From NCBI GenBank assembly GCA_028716245.1, contig JAQUQW010000002.1, positions 421,346-485,345 on the forward strand: a DNA stretch of 64,000 nt. Reading direction: 5' to 3'. This DNA comes from Candidatus Omnitrophota bacterium. GTDB taxonomy: Bacteria; Omnitrophota; Gorgyraeia; Gygaellales; Profunditerraquicolaceae. Below, piece after piece: positions 35,797 through 45,437 of this stretch. The notes under the pieces were generated by a model. The model searched no databases and had not been told where the DNA came from. It saw nothing but the letters and a program-made list of their open reading frames with translations. Each line of letters starts with the position of its first letter. Position 1 is the first letter of the stretch. A program made the translations under genes and the position numbers.

Positions 35797-37194
35797 ATGG
35801 GTTTAAAATTTGATTTTAACAATCTGTTCGATTTTAGCGTGCAAGAGCACGGGGTAAGCCAGCAGGATATTAATGAAATTTTACCTGAAGCGCAGAAGGC
35901 AGACGCGTACCTAAGAAAGATCATTGCTGATCCTGCCGCAAGGGTCAAATTGAGTTTGGAATGGGTAAAATTACCCGAACAGGATAAAGAGAATATTACT
36001 AAAATCAAGAGTCTTGCCCGTCAGATTTCCAGGAAATATGAAAATGTACTTTTCTTAGGAATCGGCGGTTCATACCTGGGTTTAAAAGCGGCGCAAGACG
36101 CGCTGTGTGTTCCTTATTATAACGAATTTAAATCTTTGCGCAAAAAATTACCGCGGATTTATTTAGAAGGCAATAACCTGGATCCGGATACTTTAACCGC
36201 GTTATTGAAAAACCTTAATCCCAAAAAAACATTTGTGGTGGTTATTTCCAAGTCCGGCGAGACTACCGAAACCAAAGTAGCTTTTATCTTAGTCGAGGCT
36301 TGGCTTAAAAAAGGAGCAGGGGCAAAATACGGCAGGCAGATTTTGGCAATTACCGATCCTGAGTCAGGGTCTTTACGCAAAAGGGTTGAGGTTGAACAGA
36401 AAAAAGATGCTTTGAGTTTTCAATCCTTGCCGCTTTTAAAAGGTGTTGGCGGCAGGTTTTCGGAGTTTAATATGGGCCTGCTCCATTTGGCAATAGCCGG
36501 TGTGGATATAGCGCCAGTTTTGGCCGGGGCCAAGGAAATGTTTGCCAGATGCAGCCAGGAGGATATTTTAAAAAATCCCGCTTATCTGTACGCTTTGTTG
36601 CACACCATACTTTATCGCAAAAAGGCAAAATCGCTGGCGATTTTAATGCCGTTTTCACAAACTCTTAAATCCACCGCCGATTGGTACGTCCAGCTTTTAG
36701 CGGAAAGCTTAGGCAAGAATAATCAGGGCCGCACGCCGATATCGGCGGCCGGCACCAATGACCTGCATTCCATCCAACAAAATAATGTCGAAGGAGAAAA
36801 TAATAAAGTAGTGACATTTATCCGGGTGGAAAAATTCAAAACCGAGTTAAAAATACCCGCTAAGCATGATTTCTTATCCGGTAAAAGTTTTAGCGAGCTT
36901 ATGCGTTTAGCTCAAGAAGCTACGGAGTGGGCTTTAGTCAGCCGCAGCCGGCCGAATTGCACCATTATTATGCCTGAAGTTAACGCCTATAACTGGGGTG
37001 CTTTATTATTTTTCTTTGAGTTAGCCACCGCCTTTGAAGGGGAGTTGCTTAAGGTAAATGCCTTTGATCAGCCGGGAGTAGAAGGATACAAGAACTATAT
37101 GTACTATAAATTAGGCAAACCCGGAATTCCGCCGTCAGTCGCCGAAGAAATCAAGAATAAGCCTCTAATTAAAAATCCTGAATATATACTTTGA
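35797..37194 (+). CDS. pgi: Glucose-6-phosphate isomerase (short PGI family)
   Basis: 'FLGIGGSYLG' SIS motif and a second SIS domain. About 465 aa. Confidence 0.8.
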   Translation: MGLKFDFNNLFDFSVQEHGVSQQDINEILPEAQKADAYLRKIIADPAARVKLSLEWVKLPEQDKENITKIKSLARQISRKYENVLFLGIGGSYLGLKAAQDALCVPYYNEFKSLRKKLPRIYLEGNNLDPDTLTALLKNLNPKKTFVVVISKSGETTETKVAFILVEAWLKKGAGAKYGRQILAITDPESGSLRKRVEVEQKKDALSFQSLPLLKGVGGRFSEFNMGLLHLAIAGVDIAPVLAGAKEMFARCSQEDILKNPAYLYALLHTILYRKKAKSLAILMPFSQTLKSTADWYVQLLAESLGKNNQGRTPISAAGTNDLHSIQQNNVEGENNKVVTFIRVEKFKTELKIPAKHDFLSGKSFSELMRLAQEATEWALVSRSRPNCTIIMPEVNAYNWGALLFFFELATAFEGELLKVNAFDQPGVEGYKNYMYYKLGKPGIPPSVAEEIKNKPLIKNPEYIL

Positions 37195-37258
37195 AAAAAG
37201 GGACCGTTTCTATTTTTCATTCTCTAAAACTAAGAAAAATAGAAACGGTCCCTTTTTA
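37195..37258 (+). terminator. Rho-independent terminator
   Basis: 'aaaaagggaccgtttctattttt...aaaaatagaaacggtccctttttacc' is a long perfect stem with flanking T runs. Confidence 0.7.
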
Positions 37259-37263
37259 CCCTT

Positions 37264-38229
37264 ATGCTAAAAATTGGAAAATTAAAACTCGAATCTAATT
37301 TAATTCTGGCGCCGATGGCCGGAATTACGGATTTGCCCTATCGTATGCTCTGCCGGAGGTTTGGGGCGGAGTTGGCTTTTGTGGAGATGATTAATTGTCG
37401 TTCGGTTAGCTTTAAAAGCAGGAGAACCAAGCAAATGCTTTTAACTCTGCCCAAGGATAAACCTTTAGGCGTTCAGATATTAGGATGCGAAGAGCAATAT
37501 ATCTTAAAATCTTTGGAGGTTTTAAAAAATTATAAATTTGATATTTTAGATTTTAACGCGGCTTGCCCGGCAAAAAAAGTGGTTCGCCGGGGGGAAGGTT
37601 CAGGATTATTGAGAGAGCCGAAAAAATTTGCCAAATTATTGAAATTAGTGGTCAAAGAGTCATGGCTTCCGGTAAGCGTAAAGATCCGTTTAGGCTGGGA
37701 TAAAGATTCAGTTAATGCCCGCCAGATTGCTCTGCTGGCTCAAGATTGCGGGGTAAATGCTTTGTTTATCCATGGCCGGACCAAAACCCAGGGCTACAGC
37801 GGGCAGGTAGACTATAAGATCATTAGCGAAGTCAGGAAAGCCCTCAATATACCTTTGATTGCCAGCGGAGATGTTTTTTCCGGTTTACTGGCGAAGAAAA
37901 TGCTGGATGAAACCGGATGCGCCGGCCTGGCGATTGCCCGGGGATCTTTGGGCAACCCCTGGATATTTAAAGAGATCAAGGAATATTTAGAGAGCGGCAA
38001 GATTGTCAGCCGGCCCGTGGAAAAGGAAATTGCTAAAGTTATGCTCGAACATTTAGACGCTTGCATCGATTTTTATGGCGAGCGAAACGGGGTGGTCATC
38101 TTCCGGAAGTTTTACACCTGGTATACCAAAGGATTACGCAAAGTGCGCCAGTTAAGAGAAAGGTCTTCGCGGGTTAAAACCAAAGAGGAAGTGGTAAAAA
38201 TTATTAGTGAGGGGTTGGGGCAGAGATAA
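37264..38229 (+). CDS. dus: tRNA-dihydrouridine synthase (DusB-like)
   Basis: 'LAPMAGITDLPYR' and the TIM-barrel FMN motifs 'IHGRT' and 'NGD'-like 'ASGDVFS'. A hairpin plus T-run lies at 38273-38294. Confidence 0.85.
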   Translation: MLKIGKLKLESNLILAPMAGITDLPYRMLCRRFGAELAFVEMINCRSVSFKSRRTKQMLLTLPKDKPLGVQILGCEEQYILKSLEVLKNYKFDILDFNAACPAKKVVRRGEGSGLLREPKKFAKLLKLVVKESWLPVSVKIRLGWDKDSVNARQIALLAQDCGVNALFIHGRTKTQGYSGQVDYKIISEVRKALNIPLIASGDVFSGLLAKKMLDETGCAGLAIARGSLGNPWIFKEIKEYLESGKIVSRPVEKEIAKVMLEHLDACIDFYGERNGVVIFRKFYTWYTKGLRKVRQLRERSSRVKTKEEVVKIISEGLGQR

Positions 38230-38426
38230 TTAATCTGTCACTGTAACCCCCCCTAAAAAAATTAAACCTTCGCTAGAAATGGCGAAGGTTTTTTGCTTAA
38301 ATATTATGTTAGAAATCAATAATTTAAACGTCTATTGCAATTAGATAAGAGTGATATTGTAAGGGGGAAATGTTTTATATTGACAATGTACATACATTAT
38401 GTTAAAATTTAACCGTAAGTGAAAAT

Positions 38427-38699
38427 ATGATACAAATAAGCAATTTCGATTGGGATGAGCAAAATTTAGAGCATATACATAACCACTTTGTTAAGGATTA
38501 TGAAGTCGAAGATGTCTTATTGTTCGATGAGCCAATTTATTATAGAAGAAAGGAAAACAAATATTGCGCCTTTGGCATTAGTAATGGAGGCAGATATCTA
38601 TTCATTGTTTTTGTAGTTAAGGATACAGGGTTGATAAGAGTTATTACGGCAAGAAATATGACCAATACGGAAAAGAATCTTTATAACAAGAGAAGGTAA
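38427..38699 (+). CDS. brnT: BrnT-like toxin (DUF497, RelE/ParE superfamily)
   Basis: 'FDWDEQNLEHIHNH...VEDVLL...RYLFIVFVVKD..IRVITARNMTNTEKNLY' matches the BrnT pattern ('F.WDe.K...H....e..vf....r.l.vv.t.R...RIISAR.a...E...Y'). Confidence 0.65.
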   Translation: MIQISNFDWDEQNLEHIHNHFVKDYEVEDVLLFDEPIYYRRKENKYCAFGISNGGRYLFIVFVVKDTGLIRVITARNMTNTEKNLYNKRR

Positions 38700-38706
38700 A
38701 GAAAAA

Positions 38707-39060
38707 ATGAAAAAAAAGATACCTGAATTTAAGAACGAGAAGGAAGAAGCAAGATTCTGGAGTAAGCATAGCCCGATTGAGTTTTTGGATGAATTTAAAG
38801 AAGAAAAGGCGCCATTTGAATTTACTATGGGATTACTTAAGAAAGCGGCCGAAGAACATAGAGAGAAAAAGAGCGCTTTAACCCTCAGAATGGAGCCCAG
38901 CCAGATTTATCTTACAAAAATCATCGCTAAAATTAAAGGAGATAAGTATCAATCCTTAATGAGGAGATGGATTCGCGAGAGAGTATATAAAGAAATTAAG
39001 GAGCATCCTGAGGTAGAAGATGAAATTCGTAAACAAAAAGCACATCTAGTGAGCAGATAG
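38707..39060 (+). CDS. brnA: BrnA-like antitoxin
   Basis: Starts 8 nt after brnT. The N-terminus 'IPEFKNEKEEARFWSKHSPIEFLDEFKEE' is the characteristic BrnA opening. The C-terminal basic helix is consistent with an RHH-like DNA-binding domain. Confidence 0.55.
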   Translation: MKKKIPEFKNEKEEARFWSKHSPIEFLDEFKEEKAPFEFTMGLLKKAAEEHREKKSALTLRMEPSQIYLTKIIAKIKGDKYQSLMRRWIRERVYKEIKEHPEVEDEIRKQKAHLVSR

Positions 39061-39270
39061 ATTAGGTTTAATTGGCTGCACCCTCAAGATTTTATATCCC
39101 GTAAATAACAGGAATTTTCAATAACCATCCCTTGATTTCCTAACCCTCTGTGATAAAATATATAACAATAGGTTTTGTTGAGATGAATAAAGCGAAAAAA
39201 GGGCTGGATCTAACCATTCAGCCATTTTTATTTCGCGCGCCCGACAGGGCGAATTACTTAAGGAGGTAAA

Positions 39271-40299
39271 GTGGACGCATTGTTAAAAAAAATTATTGAG
39301 GCACCCGGCATTCCGGGGTATGAAACTCAAATCGCCAAAATTATGCATGATGAACTCAAAAAGGTTTGCGACGACGTGCAAATCGATAATTTCGGTAATG
39401 TCATTGCCAAAAAAGGCAAAGGCAAAAAGAAGATTATGCTTGCCGCGCATATGGATGAAATTGGCCTGATGGTCAAGCACATCACTAAGGAGGGGTTTTT
39501 GTATTTTATAAAAGTAGGCGGAATCGATGACCGGATTCTTCCTGCCCAGCGGGTAATCGTCAAGGCTAAAAAAGGCGACTGCCTGGGAATAATCGGCGCC
39601 AAGCCGCCGCACCTGCAGAGAGAAGAGGATAAGAAAAAGCCCCTTAAATATGAAGATATGTTTATCGATATCGGCTGTAAGAGCAAAGAAGAGGCGGAGA
39701 AAAAGGTAGAGGTGGGGGATGTGGTAATTTTTGAGCCTAATTCCGGGGTATTAAACGGCAAGCTATATTACGGCAAGGCCATTGACGACAGGATTGGGTG
39801 TTTCGCGCTGATTAAAATAATGGAGAAATTAAAAACTGAAGCGGAAGTTTACGCGGTTGCCACAACTCAGGAAGAGGTCGGTTTAAAAGGCGCGCGCACT
39901 TCGGCATTTAAGGTTGATCCGGATTATGCTCTAGCCATCGACACTAATGCCGCCGGCGATACTCCTCAGATAACCGAACGCGAATCTTCTTTAAAGCTGG
40001 GCTCAGGGGTGGCCATCACCATTATTGAGGCATCCGGAAGAGGGTTGATCGTCAATGAAAAGATAAAGGACCTGCTCATTGATGTTGCCAAGAAGAATAA
40101 AATTAAATATCAGATCGATGTAATCGAGGGCGGGATGACTGACGGAGCGATTATCCATATGAACAGGGAAGGGGTTCCCACGGGAGTATTAAGCATACCT
40201 ACTCGTTATATTCATTCGCCAACCGGAGTTTTTAATATTGAAGATTTAGACGCTGCCGTGGAGCTGGCGGTAAAGGCGGTGGAGAGTTTGAGTAAATGA
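39271..40299 (+). CDS. M42-family aminopeptidase (FrvX/endoglucanase-like)
   Basis: 'AAHMDEIGLMV', 'AIDDRIGC' and 'HSPTGV' are M42 metal-ligand motifs. GTG start with RBS 'aaggaggtaaagtg'. Confidence 0.85.
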   Translation: MDALLKKIIEAPGIPGYETQIAKIMHDELKKVCDDVQIDNFGNVIAKKGKGKKKIMLAAHMDEIGLMVKHITKEGFLYFIKVGGIDDRILPAQRVIVKAKKGDCLGIIGAKPPHLQREEDKKKPLKYEDMFIDIGCKSKEEAEKKVEVGDVVIFEPNSGVLNGKLYYGKAIDDRIGCFALIKIMEKLKTEAEVYAVATTQEEVGLKGARTSAFKVDPDYALAIDTNAAGDTPQITERESSLKLGSGVAITIIEASGRGLIVNEKIKDLLIDVAKKNKIKYQIDVIEGGMTDGAIIHMNREGVPTGVLSIPTRYIHSPTGVFNIEDLDAAVELAVKAVESLSK

Positions 40300-40503
40300 G
40301 GTAGATTTCATTAATATTCCAGCATAGATTTTGGTTGTAAAAGGAGGGGTAGAGGGGTAAAATATAGCCCTAGTACAAAGGGGCGTTATATGGAGTTTGG
40401 ATATCAAAATCTAAAGGCAACTCTCTAAAAAATAGGGGGCTGCTTTTTTATTGGCCATCTCTAATTTGTGAAAAATAGAAACAGTATCTAATTTTACCAA
40501 CAG

Positions 40504-43038
40504 ATGTTTAATTTATTTAAATTTCAAAATTATCGTTTTTATTGGAAAGTAAGAAGTTTAATTTTATTTCTTAAGTTTAAAATAAATAGTCTATTTTTTA
40601 AAGGTAATCTAAGAATAAAAGAAGTTAAGGAAGAGTTATCAATTACTACTCAGCTAGCATGGCTTTCCTCCAAGACAATTCTTTTCTCTATTTTTATTGT
40701 AATATTTCTTGAATTACTCGAAAAAGTAATATTAAAACTCCTTCCTGTAGATAAAACAATCTTTCTAGCTAAAACACACTCCTTAATTACGGGGAATCCT
40801 TACTCTTTAGAGAATTTTCTTATGACAATTGCTTCGGTATTGGGAGTATTTTTGGGTCTTTACTTCACGGCAGTTAGTATAGTAGCTAGTTCTGTATTTA
40901 CAACTGTACCAAGCGATGTTAGAGAATTGTATTTGAGAGAGAAAATTGGGAATACATATATAAAAATATTAGCCATTCTTTTGGCAGTCTCAATTATAAT
41001 GTTTGGTTACAGAATATTCAATTATTATCCGGGTATATTGCCAATCGTTTTAATGCTCATTTTTAGTTGTATTAGCATATTCGCATTTGTGATGTTAGGA
41101 ATTAGGGCCTTTTCCTTTTTTGACCCTACCATATTGGCAGATACTATCTTTAGTGATTTGTATGCTAATATAAAATTGGCAAGTGTTAACGGGCTAAAAT
41201 GGTCTGATTCTAGCCTCCAATCCCATTATCATAAGCTTGCAGCAAAGAACATAAATACCCTGAATAATTTAGTAGAAATATGTTTGAAAAATCCTAACTT
41301 ATACAAAAAGTCTGTTCCATTGTTATCATGGCGGGTATGTTATTTTTTAAAAGATTATCAAATTCAGAAGGCTTTAATACCCACTGATAGCTATTGGTTT
41401 TCTCGTGTACCAAAATATAAGGATACTTTTCTTGTGGACGGTTCAGTATTGCAAATAGCATTACAAACACAAACTTCTATACAGCCAGAAGTTATAACTG
41501 ATAATTATTGGTTTGAAGATGAGGTATTTAAAATACTTACGAATATGCTCAAGGTTATGTTAGATAGCCATAATATTGCTATTGCAGCAGATATTCTCGA
41601 TGGAATTAATAAATATTTTGAAGAGTTAGGAGAAAAGCTAGAAGGAAAGAAATGCTGCGGAATGCTAAAAAATATAGAGACAGTGATGGAACCTTATTTT
41701 TTAGGTCTTTCTGAAGATAAATGTAAAGGAACGGGTGACATAAATTTTGCATTATTTGATAGATATAATATGCTTCTACTATCTTGTGTTATAGGATTTA
41801 ATAAATTTAGTCGCGAATTCAAACTATCTTCATTTATGCAAAGCGTGGATTCAATTTTATGGGAAGATAAGGGAGCCATATATCGAAGTTCTGTTATGTC
41901 TATTACATTAGAAAGACTAGAATTCCTTCAAAAGCGTCTTGAATTTGAACAAAAGGTGGAAGGAAAGTTTATTAGTCCTGTTTGGTATAGGAGGCAGTTA
42001 GTCGGTATTAAAATTGGTCATGTGATAAATGAGTGTTTTGAATCGGTAGTAGATTCATTACAGAAATTCTATGTTGATAGTTCTAATATTCTATTAGATA
42101 AAAAACTTATTGTTTTAACAACATATAGGACTAGAAGAGGGCTTGAAGCGTTTTCGAAAATACAAGTTCATCTTTCGAGCATTAAAAAACTAATAGAAGG
42201 TTTCGATAAATTTAATATAGAAAAGGAATTGCCTTGGCCAAAGTGGGATTGGGATACTATTGAGAAGAGGATAGACAAGAATAACGATTCCCTTATCCAG
42301 CAAGAGGCCAAATGTCTCCCAATGCTATCTCTCATAAATAAAACAGAAAACGAGCCAGACCTTTTCGGAGAAACATATCATAGAATTTGTCAGGAATGTT
42401 TTGAATCCTTATCAAATAATAAAGATGAAAAATTCTCCATTGTATTTCCTTCTTTATTTATAAGTGCGCTTCAAGCCCACGACTTGCTTAGAGTTTCATA
42501 TAAAGACCGTGATGCCAGAACGCAAATATTAATTTCCTTTCAGCCACTATCAGACCTTATTGAGTTAAGTGGTTATGCCAAAATATATTCTGAATTATTC
42601 TCTTCTCCAAATCTATGGCAGACATGTCAGAAGAGTTGGGATAATTATTTAAGTAATCAGGTGAAAAAAGATGAAACAATAAAATATATCATTACAAGTT
42701 ATCAATATAAACGGGCTCAATTTGGTTTATTTGCGCGTGACATATGGAAAACAAATTGGCAAATGGAGCTTAATAATAAATTACGAGAAAATAATTTGAT
42801 TAACAGTAGATTTAGAGGAGATGATTATTGGAAAGGGCTAGAGGGGAAGCAAATACATAAAAGTCCTTTTATTCGAACTCTATGTAGGGGTAGGTATGAG
42901 CCATTTATTACAGCCTCGGAAATTTTCCTTCTTGTTTATTTTGTAAAACAACATGGAATCAATGATTTTGTTGATAATCGTGATTTTATTAAACATTTAG
43001 AAGAGGAAGAAGCTCTCCACAATGAAGATAAGGCATAA
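40504..43038 (+). CDS. Large membrane-anchored hypothetical protein (4 N-terminal TM helices + ~650-aa soluble domain)
   Basis: Strongly AT-rich coding sequence. Four hydrophobic helices lie in the first ~230 aa. I recognise no family. Confidence 0.6.
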   Translation: MFNLFKFQNYRFYWKVRSLILFLKFKINSLFFKGNLRIKEVKEELSITTQLAWLSSKTILFSIFIVIFLELLEKVILKLLPVDKTIFLAKTHSLITGNPYSLENFLMTIASVLGVFLGLYFTAVSIVASSVFTTVPSDVRELYLREKIGNTYIKILAILLAVSIIMFGYRIFNYYPGILPIVLMLIFSCISIFAFVMLGIRAFSFFDPTILADTIFSDLYANIKLASVNGLKWSDSSLQSHYHKLAAKNINTLNNLVEICLKNPNLYKKSVPLLSWRVCYFLKDYQIQKALIPTDSYWFSRVPKYKDTFLVDGSVLQIALQTQTSIQPEVITDNYWFEDEVFKILTNMLKVMLDSHNIAIAADILDGINKYFEELGEKLEGKKCCGMLKNIETVMEPYFLGLSEDKCKGTGDINFALFDRYNMLLLSCVIGFNKFSREFKLSSFMQSVDSILWEDKGAIYRSSVMSITLERLEFLQKRLEFEQKVEGKFISPVWYRRQLVGIKIGHVINECFESVVDSLQKFYVDSSNILLDKKLIVLTTYRTRRGLEAFSKIQVHLSSIKKLIEGFDKFNIEKELPWPKWDWDTIEKRIDKNNDSLIQQEAKCLPMLSLINKTENEPDLFGETYHRICQECFESLSNNKDEKFSIVFPSLFISALQAHDLLRVSYKDRDARTQILISFQPLSDLIELSGYAKIYSELFSSPNLWQTCQKSWDNYLSNQVKKDETIKYIITSYQYKRAQFGLFARDIWKTNWQMELNNKLRENNLINSRFRGDDYWKGLEGKQIHKSPFIRTLCRGRYEPFITASEIFLLVYFVKQHGINDFVDNRDFIKHLEEEEALHNEDKA

Positions 43039-44017
43039 AGAAATAAGCGAAAACGAGCTAAGTTCTGGTAAATCTATATATTATTCTAATCCAGAGCCTG
43101 GGAAAGAAAGAGATTTGTTTGCTTCTTTTTACGGTCATATGCTGACTGAAGATATTCATTTAGGTATAATGCCTATTGGTGGTAGAACCAAGAACAATCT
43201 TTTTAAGATAACGCTTAAGCCACAGAATGCAGAAGTAGAGAATTTGATAAAGGATAGCTTACCGACGCATTATGGTGAACCTCAGGATTTGAAAGAGGCC
43301 GTTTGCGATTTTATTGATGAAGCTGCTGGATTATTAGGATATGGTGGTGTGGCTTATTATGAAACTGTATATTATTACAAGGTTCCTAGTAAACCAATAC
43401 GATTTGAACTACGACATATCATCAATAATACTATAAAAGATACTTTTGGATTATATTGGCAGTATGTTCCAGGTGCTGCATTAGAGTATGTGGAGGGAGA
43501 CAAAAGATTTATTTGGCTACCTAGAAAGAGCATTATAAAGATAAGATTCCCAGATACGATAGGCGGTTCAAATAATCAACGAAAATTAATCTATAATCTT
43601 GCTTGGTTGAGTAAAAGTAGCGTAATGCCTGAATTCGCAAGAGATGATATGGAAAAAAGAGAGCAACAAACAAGTTATGATTTTACAGTTTATCGTAGAA
43701 ACAAGGATATATTTTTAGCTAGAATTACTCAGCATTTAGGGTGGCCTGCTAGGAGCTTAATGAATGATTGCGCTTCAGAGATTTATGAATTATATAGACA
43801 TTTAAAATTTGAGAAAACAAAAGCGATTATTAGGGAAACTATCTTACATAGTCTCAATAAAGCATTAGTCAATATTGGTAAAGAAATTGGTTTTAACGCA
43901 GCAATCGAAATAAGCGGTATTCCTTCAGTATCAGATTTTGATACCTACATTAAGCAGCTTCTCTCCGGAGAGATGTCATTCAAAAAGGTTGCTGAAGTAA
44001 TGAGATATGATTTTTAG
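43022..44017 (+). CDS. Hypothetical protein (331 aa)
   Basis: Overlaps the previous stop by 17 nt. AT-rich. I recognise no motif. Confidence 0.55.
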   Translation: MKIRHKEISENELSSGKSIYYSNPEPGKERDLFASFYGHMLTEDIHLGIMPIGGRTKNNLFKITLKPQNAEVENLIKDSLPTHYGEPQDLKEAVCDFIDEAAGLLGYGGVAYYETVYYYKVPSKPIRFELRHIINNTIKDTFGLYWQYVPGAALEYVEGDKRFIWLPRKSIIKIRFPDTIGGSNNQRKLIYNLAWLSKSSVMPEFARDDMEKREQQTSYDFTVYRRNKDIFLARITQHLGWPARSLMNDCASEIYELYRHLKFEKTKAIIRETILHSLNKALVNIGKEIGFNAAIEISGIPSVSDFDTYIKQLLSGEMSFKKVAEVMRYDF

Positions 44018-44086
44018 TTTAAACTTTGGGTTGTCTATTCAAGATATAGGTCTGGTTGTTAAAGAGACATAGATAGTACAATATAC

Positions 44087-44947
44087 ATGGAACAGGAACA
44101 AATAAATCAAACCTCCTCACCATTAGAATTAGGGCAATTCAAGCCTAAAGGGTTCTTGGATGGCCTTGTTGATTTTGTTGAATCTCTTGATAAAACATTC
44201 CGAAAAATCATAAATTCCGAGGGTTTTAAATTATTCATAGATTCACTGGCTCAGATTGGAAAGATTCTGGTTGATTATGCCAATAAGACAGCGAAAGCAG
44301 CAGATATTATTTTAATTAATATGGGATGGTGGATTCTGCCAGAATGGACTCCGACAGATATTTTTAATGTAGTTTTACTATATAGAGAAGGGAAAGAGAA
44401 GCAAATTGAAAAACAGATTATGACTTTCTTTGATAACAAAAAACTAAATAAAATGTTAAAAGAGTGGAAGCAAAGTCATTTATTAAAATCAAGAATACAT
44501 ATACTTAAGGATGCAATTTGGGCACACAATCAAGGCAAGTATACATTGTCAGTGCCAGCATTATTACCGCAGTTAGAGGGTATTATGGTTGAAGGGTTAG
44601 AACTTAAAGGAAACGTTCGATACAAGGAGATAAAGGACTCATTTCAGGATAAGCTTAAGGCGTCAGAAGTTGACTTTATTTTCACTATTAAGAGTTCCGG
44701 TTATAGAATTATTGAGCAGTATATTAGTGAAAAGTTTGAGTGGGGTCAGATAACGAGTTCAAAGTTTAGTAGACATGCCATATTGCACGGTCATTATACA
44801 AACTATAACAGAAAAAAGACTTCCCTTAAGTTGATATTGCTTATTGATTATGTGCAAAAGGTATTGAGTAATAACCTTAAGATTCTTCCTTCTCATCCGT
44901 CAACCATACAGTATGAAGACTCATTAGTCTATAATAAGGAGAAATAA
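44087..44947 (+). CDS. Hypothetical protein with HEPN-like Rx4H motif (286 aa)
   Basis: The C-terminal 'SKFSRHAILHGHYTNY' fits Rx4-6H. AT-rich. Confidence 0.5.
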   Translation: MEQEQINQTSSPLELGQFKPKGFLDGLVDFVESLDKTFRKIINSEGFKLFIDSLAQIGKILVDYANKTAKAADIILINMGWWILPEWTPTDIFNVVLLYREGKEKQIEKQIMTFFDNKKLNKMLKEWKQSHLLKSRIHILKDAIWAHNQGKYTLSVPALLPQLEGIMVEGLELKGNVRYKEIKDSFQDKLKASEVDFIFTIKSSGYRIIEQYISEKFEWGQITSSKFSRHAILHGHYTNYNRKKTSLKLILLIDYVQKVLSNNLKILPSHPSTIQYEDSLVYNKEK

Positions 44948-45263
44948 ATGGATTGGTTGAAGAGAATGAAACTGTAATGATTGCAGACATAAATTATTTT
45001 GAAATGGAAATAGTAAAATCAAGAAAAGGAGGAATAAATTAAAAATAAAGCCCTAAAGGTTGCGGGAGTTATTTTCCTCTTAGTGGCAATTATGCATTTA
45101 TTAAGAGTAATCCTGAAGTCTGAAGTAATAATAGCGGGTTTTACTCTGCCAATTTGGTTTAGCATATTGGGTTTATATTTGCGCTATTGCTATCACTATG
45201 GATGTTCAAATCTCTTAAATAGCCCAAAATTATTGCAAAGATACTGTGTCTAACTATAAACAA

Positions 45264-45293
45264 AAAAACCCCGAATGTTACCGGGGTTTTTTG
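45264..45293 (+). terminator. Rho-independent terminator at the end of the AT-rich island
   Basis: 'aaaaaaaccccgaatgttaccggggttttttg'. Confidence 0.5.
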
Positions 45294-45437
45294 TAGGTGA
45301 TAGGCCTAATAGCCTTCGCTATCGTTTCCAGCCTCCTGTTACGTTAACTTCTCTCACCTCTCTAACGTAAGTATGCCACATAAATATCCAAATTTCAAGT
45401 CCCCCTAAAATAAATTTTATAGTATAATAATCCCAGA

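Noticed and set aside
45295-45437. Possible tRNA or att site at the downstream end of the AT-rich island
   Set aside because: Reading both strands shows no tRNA-like T-arm or acceptor-stem pairing. No direct repeat of the island boundary was found by eye, so an integration site cannot be supported.
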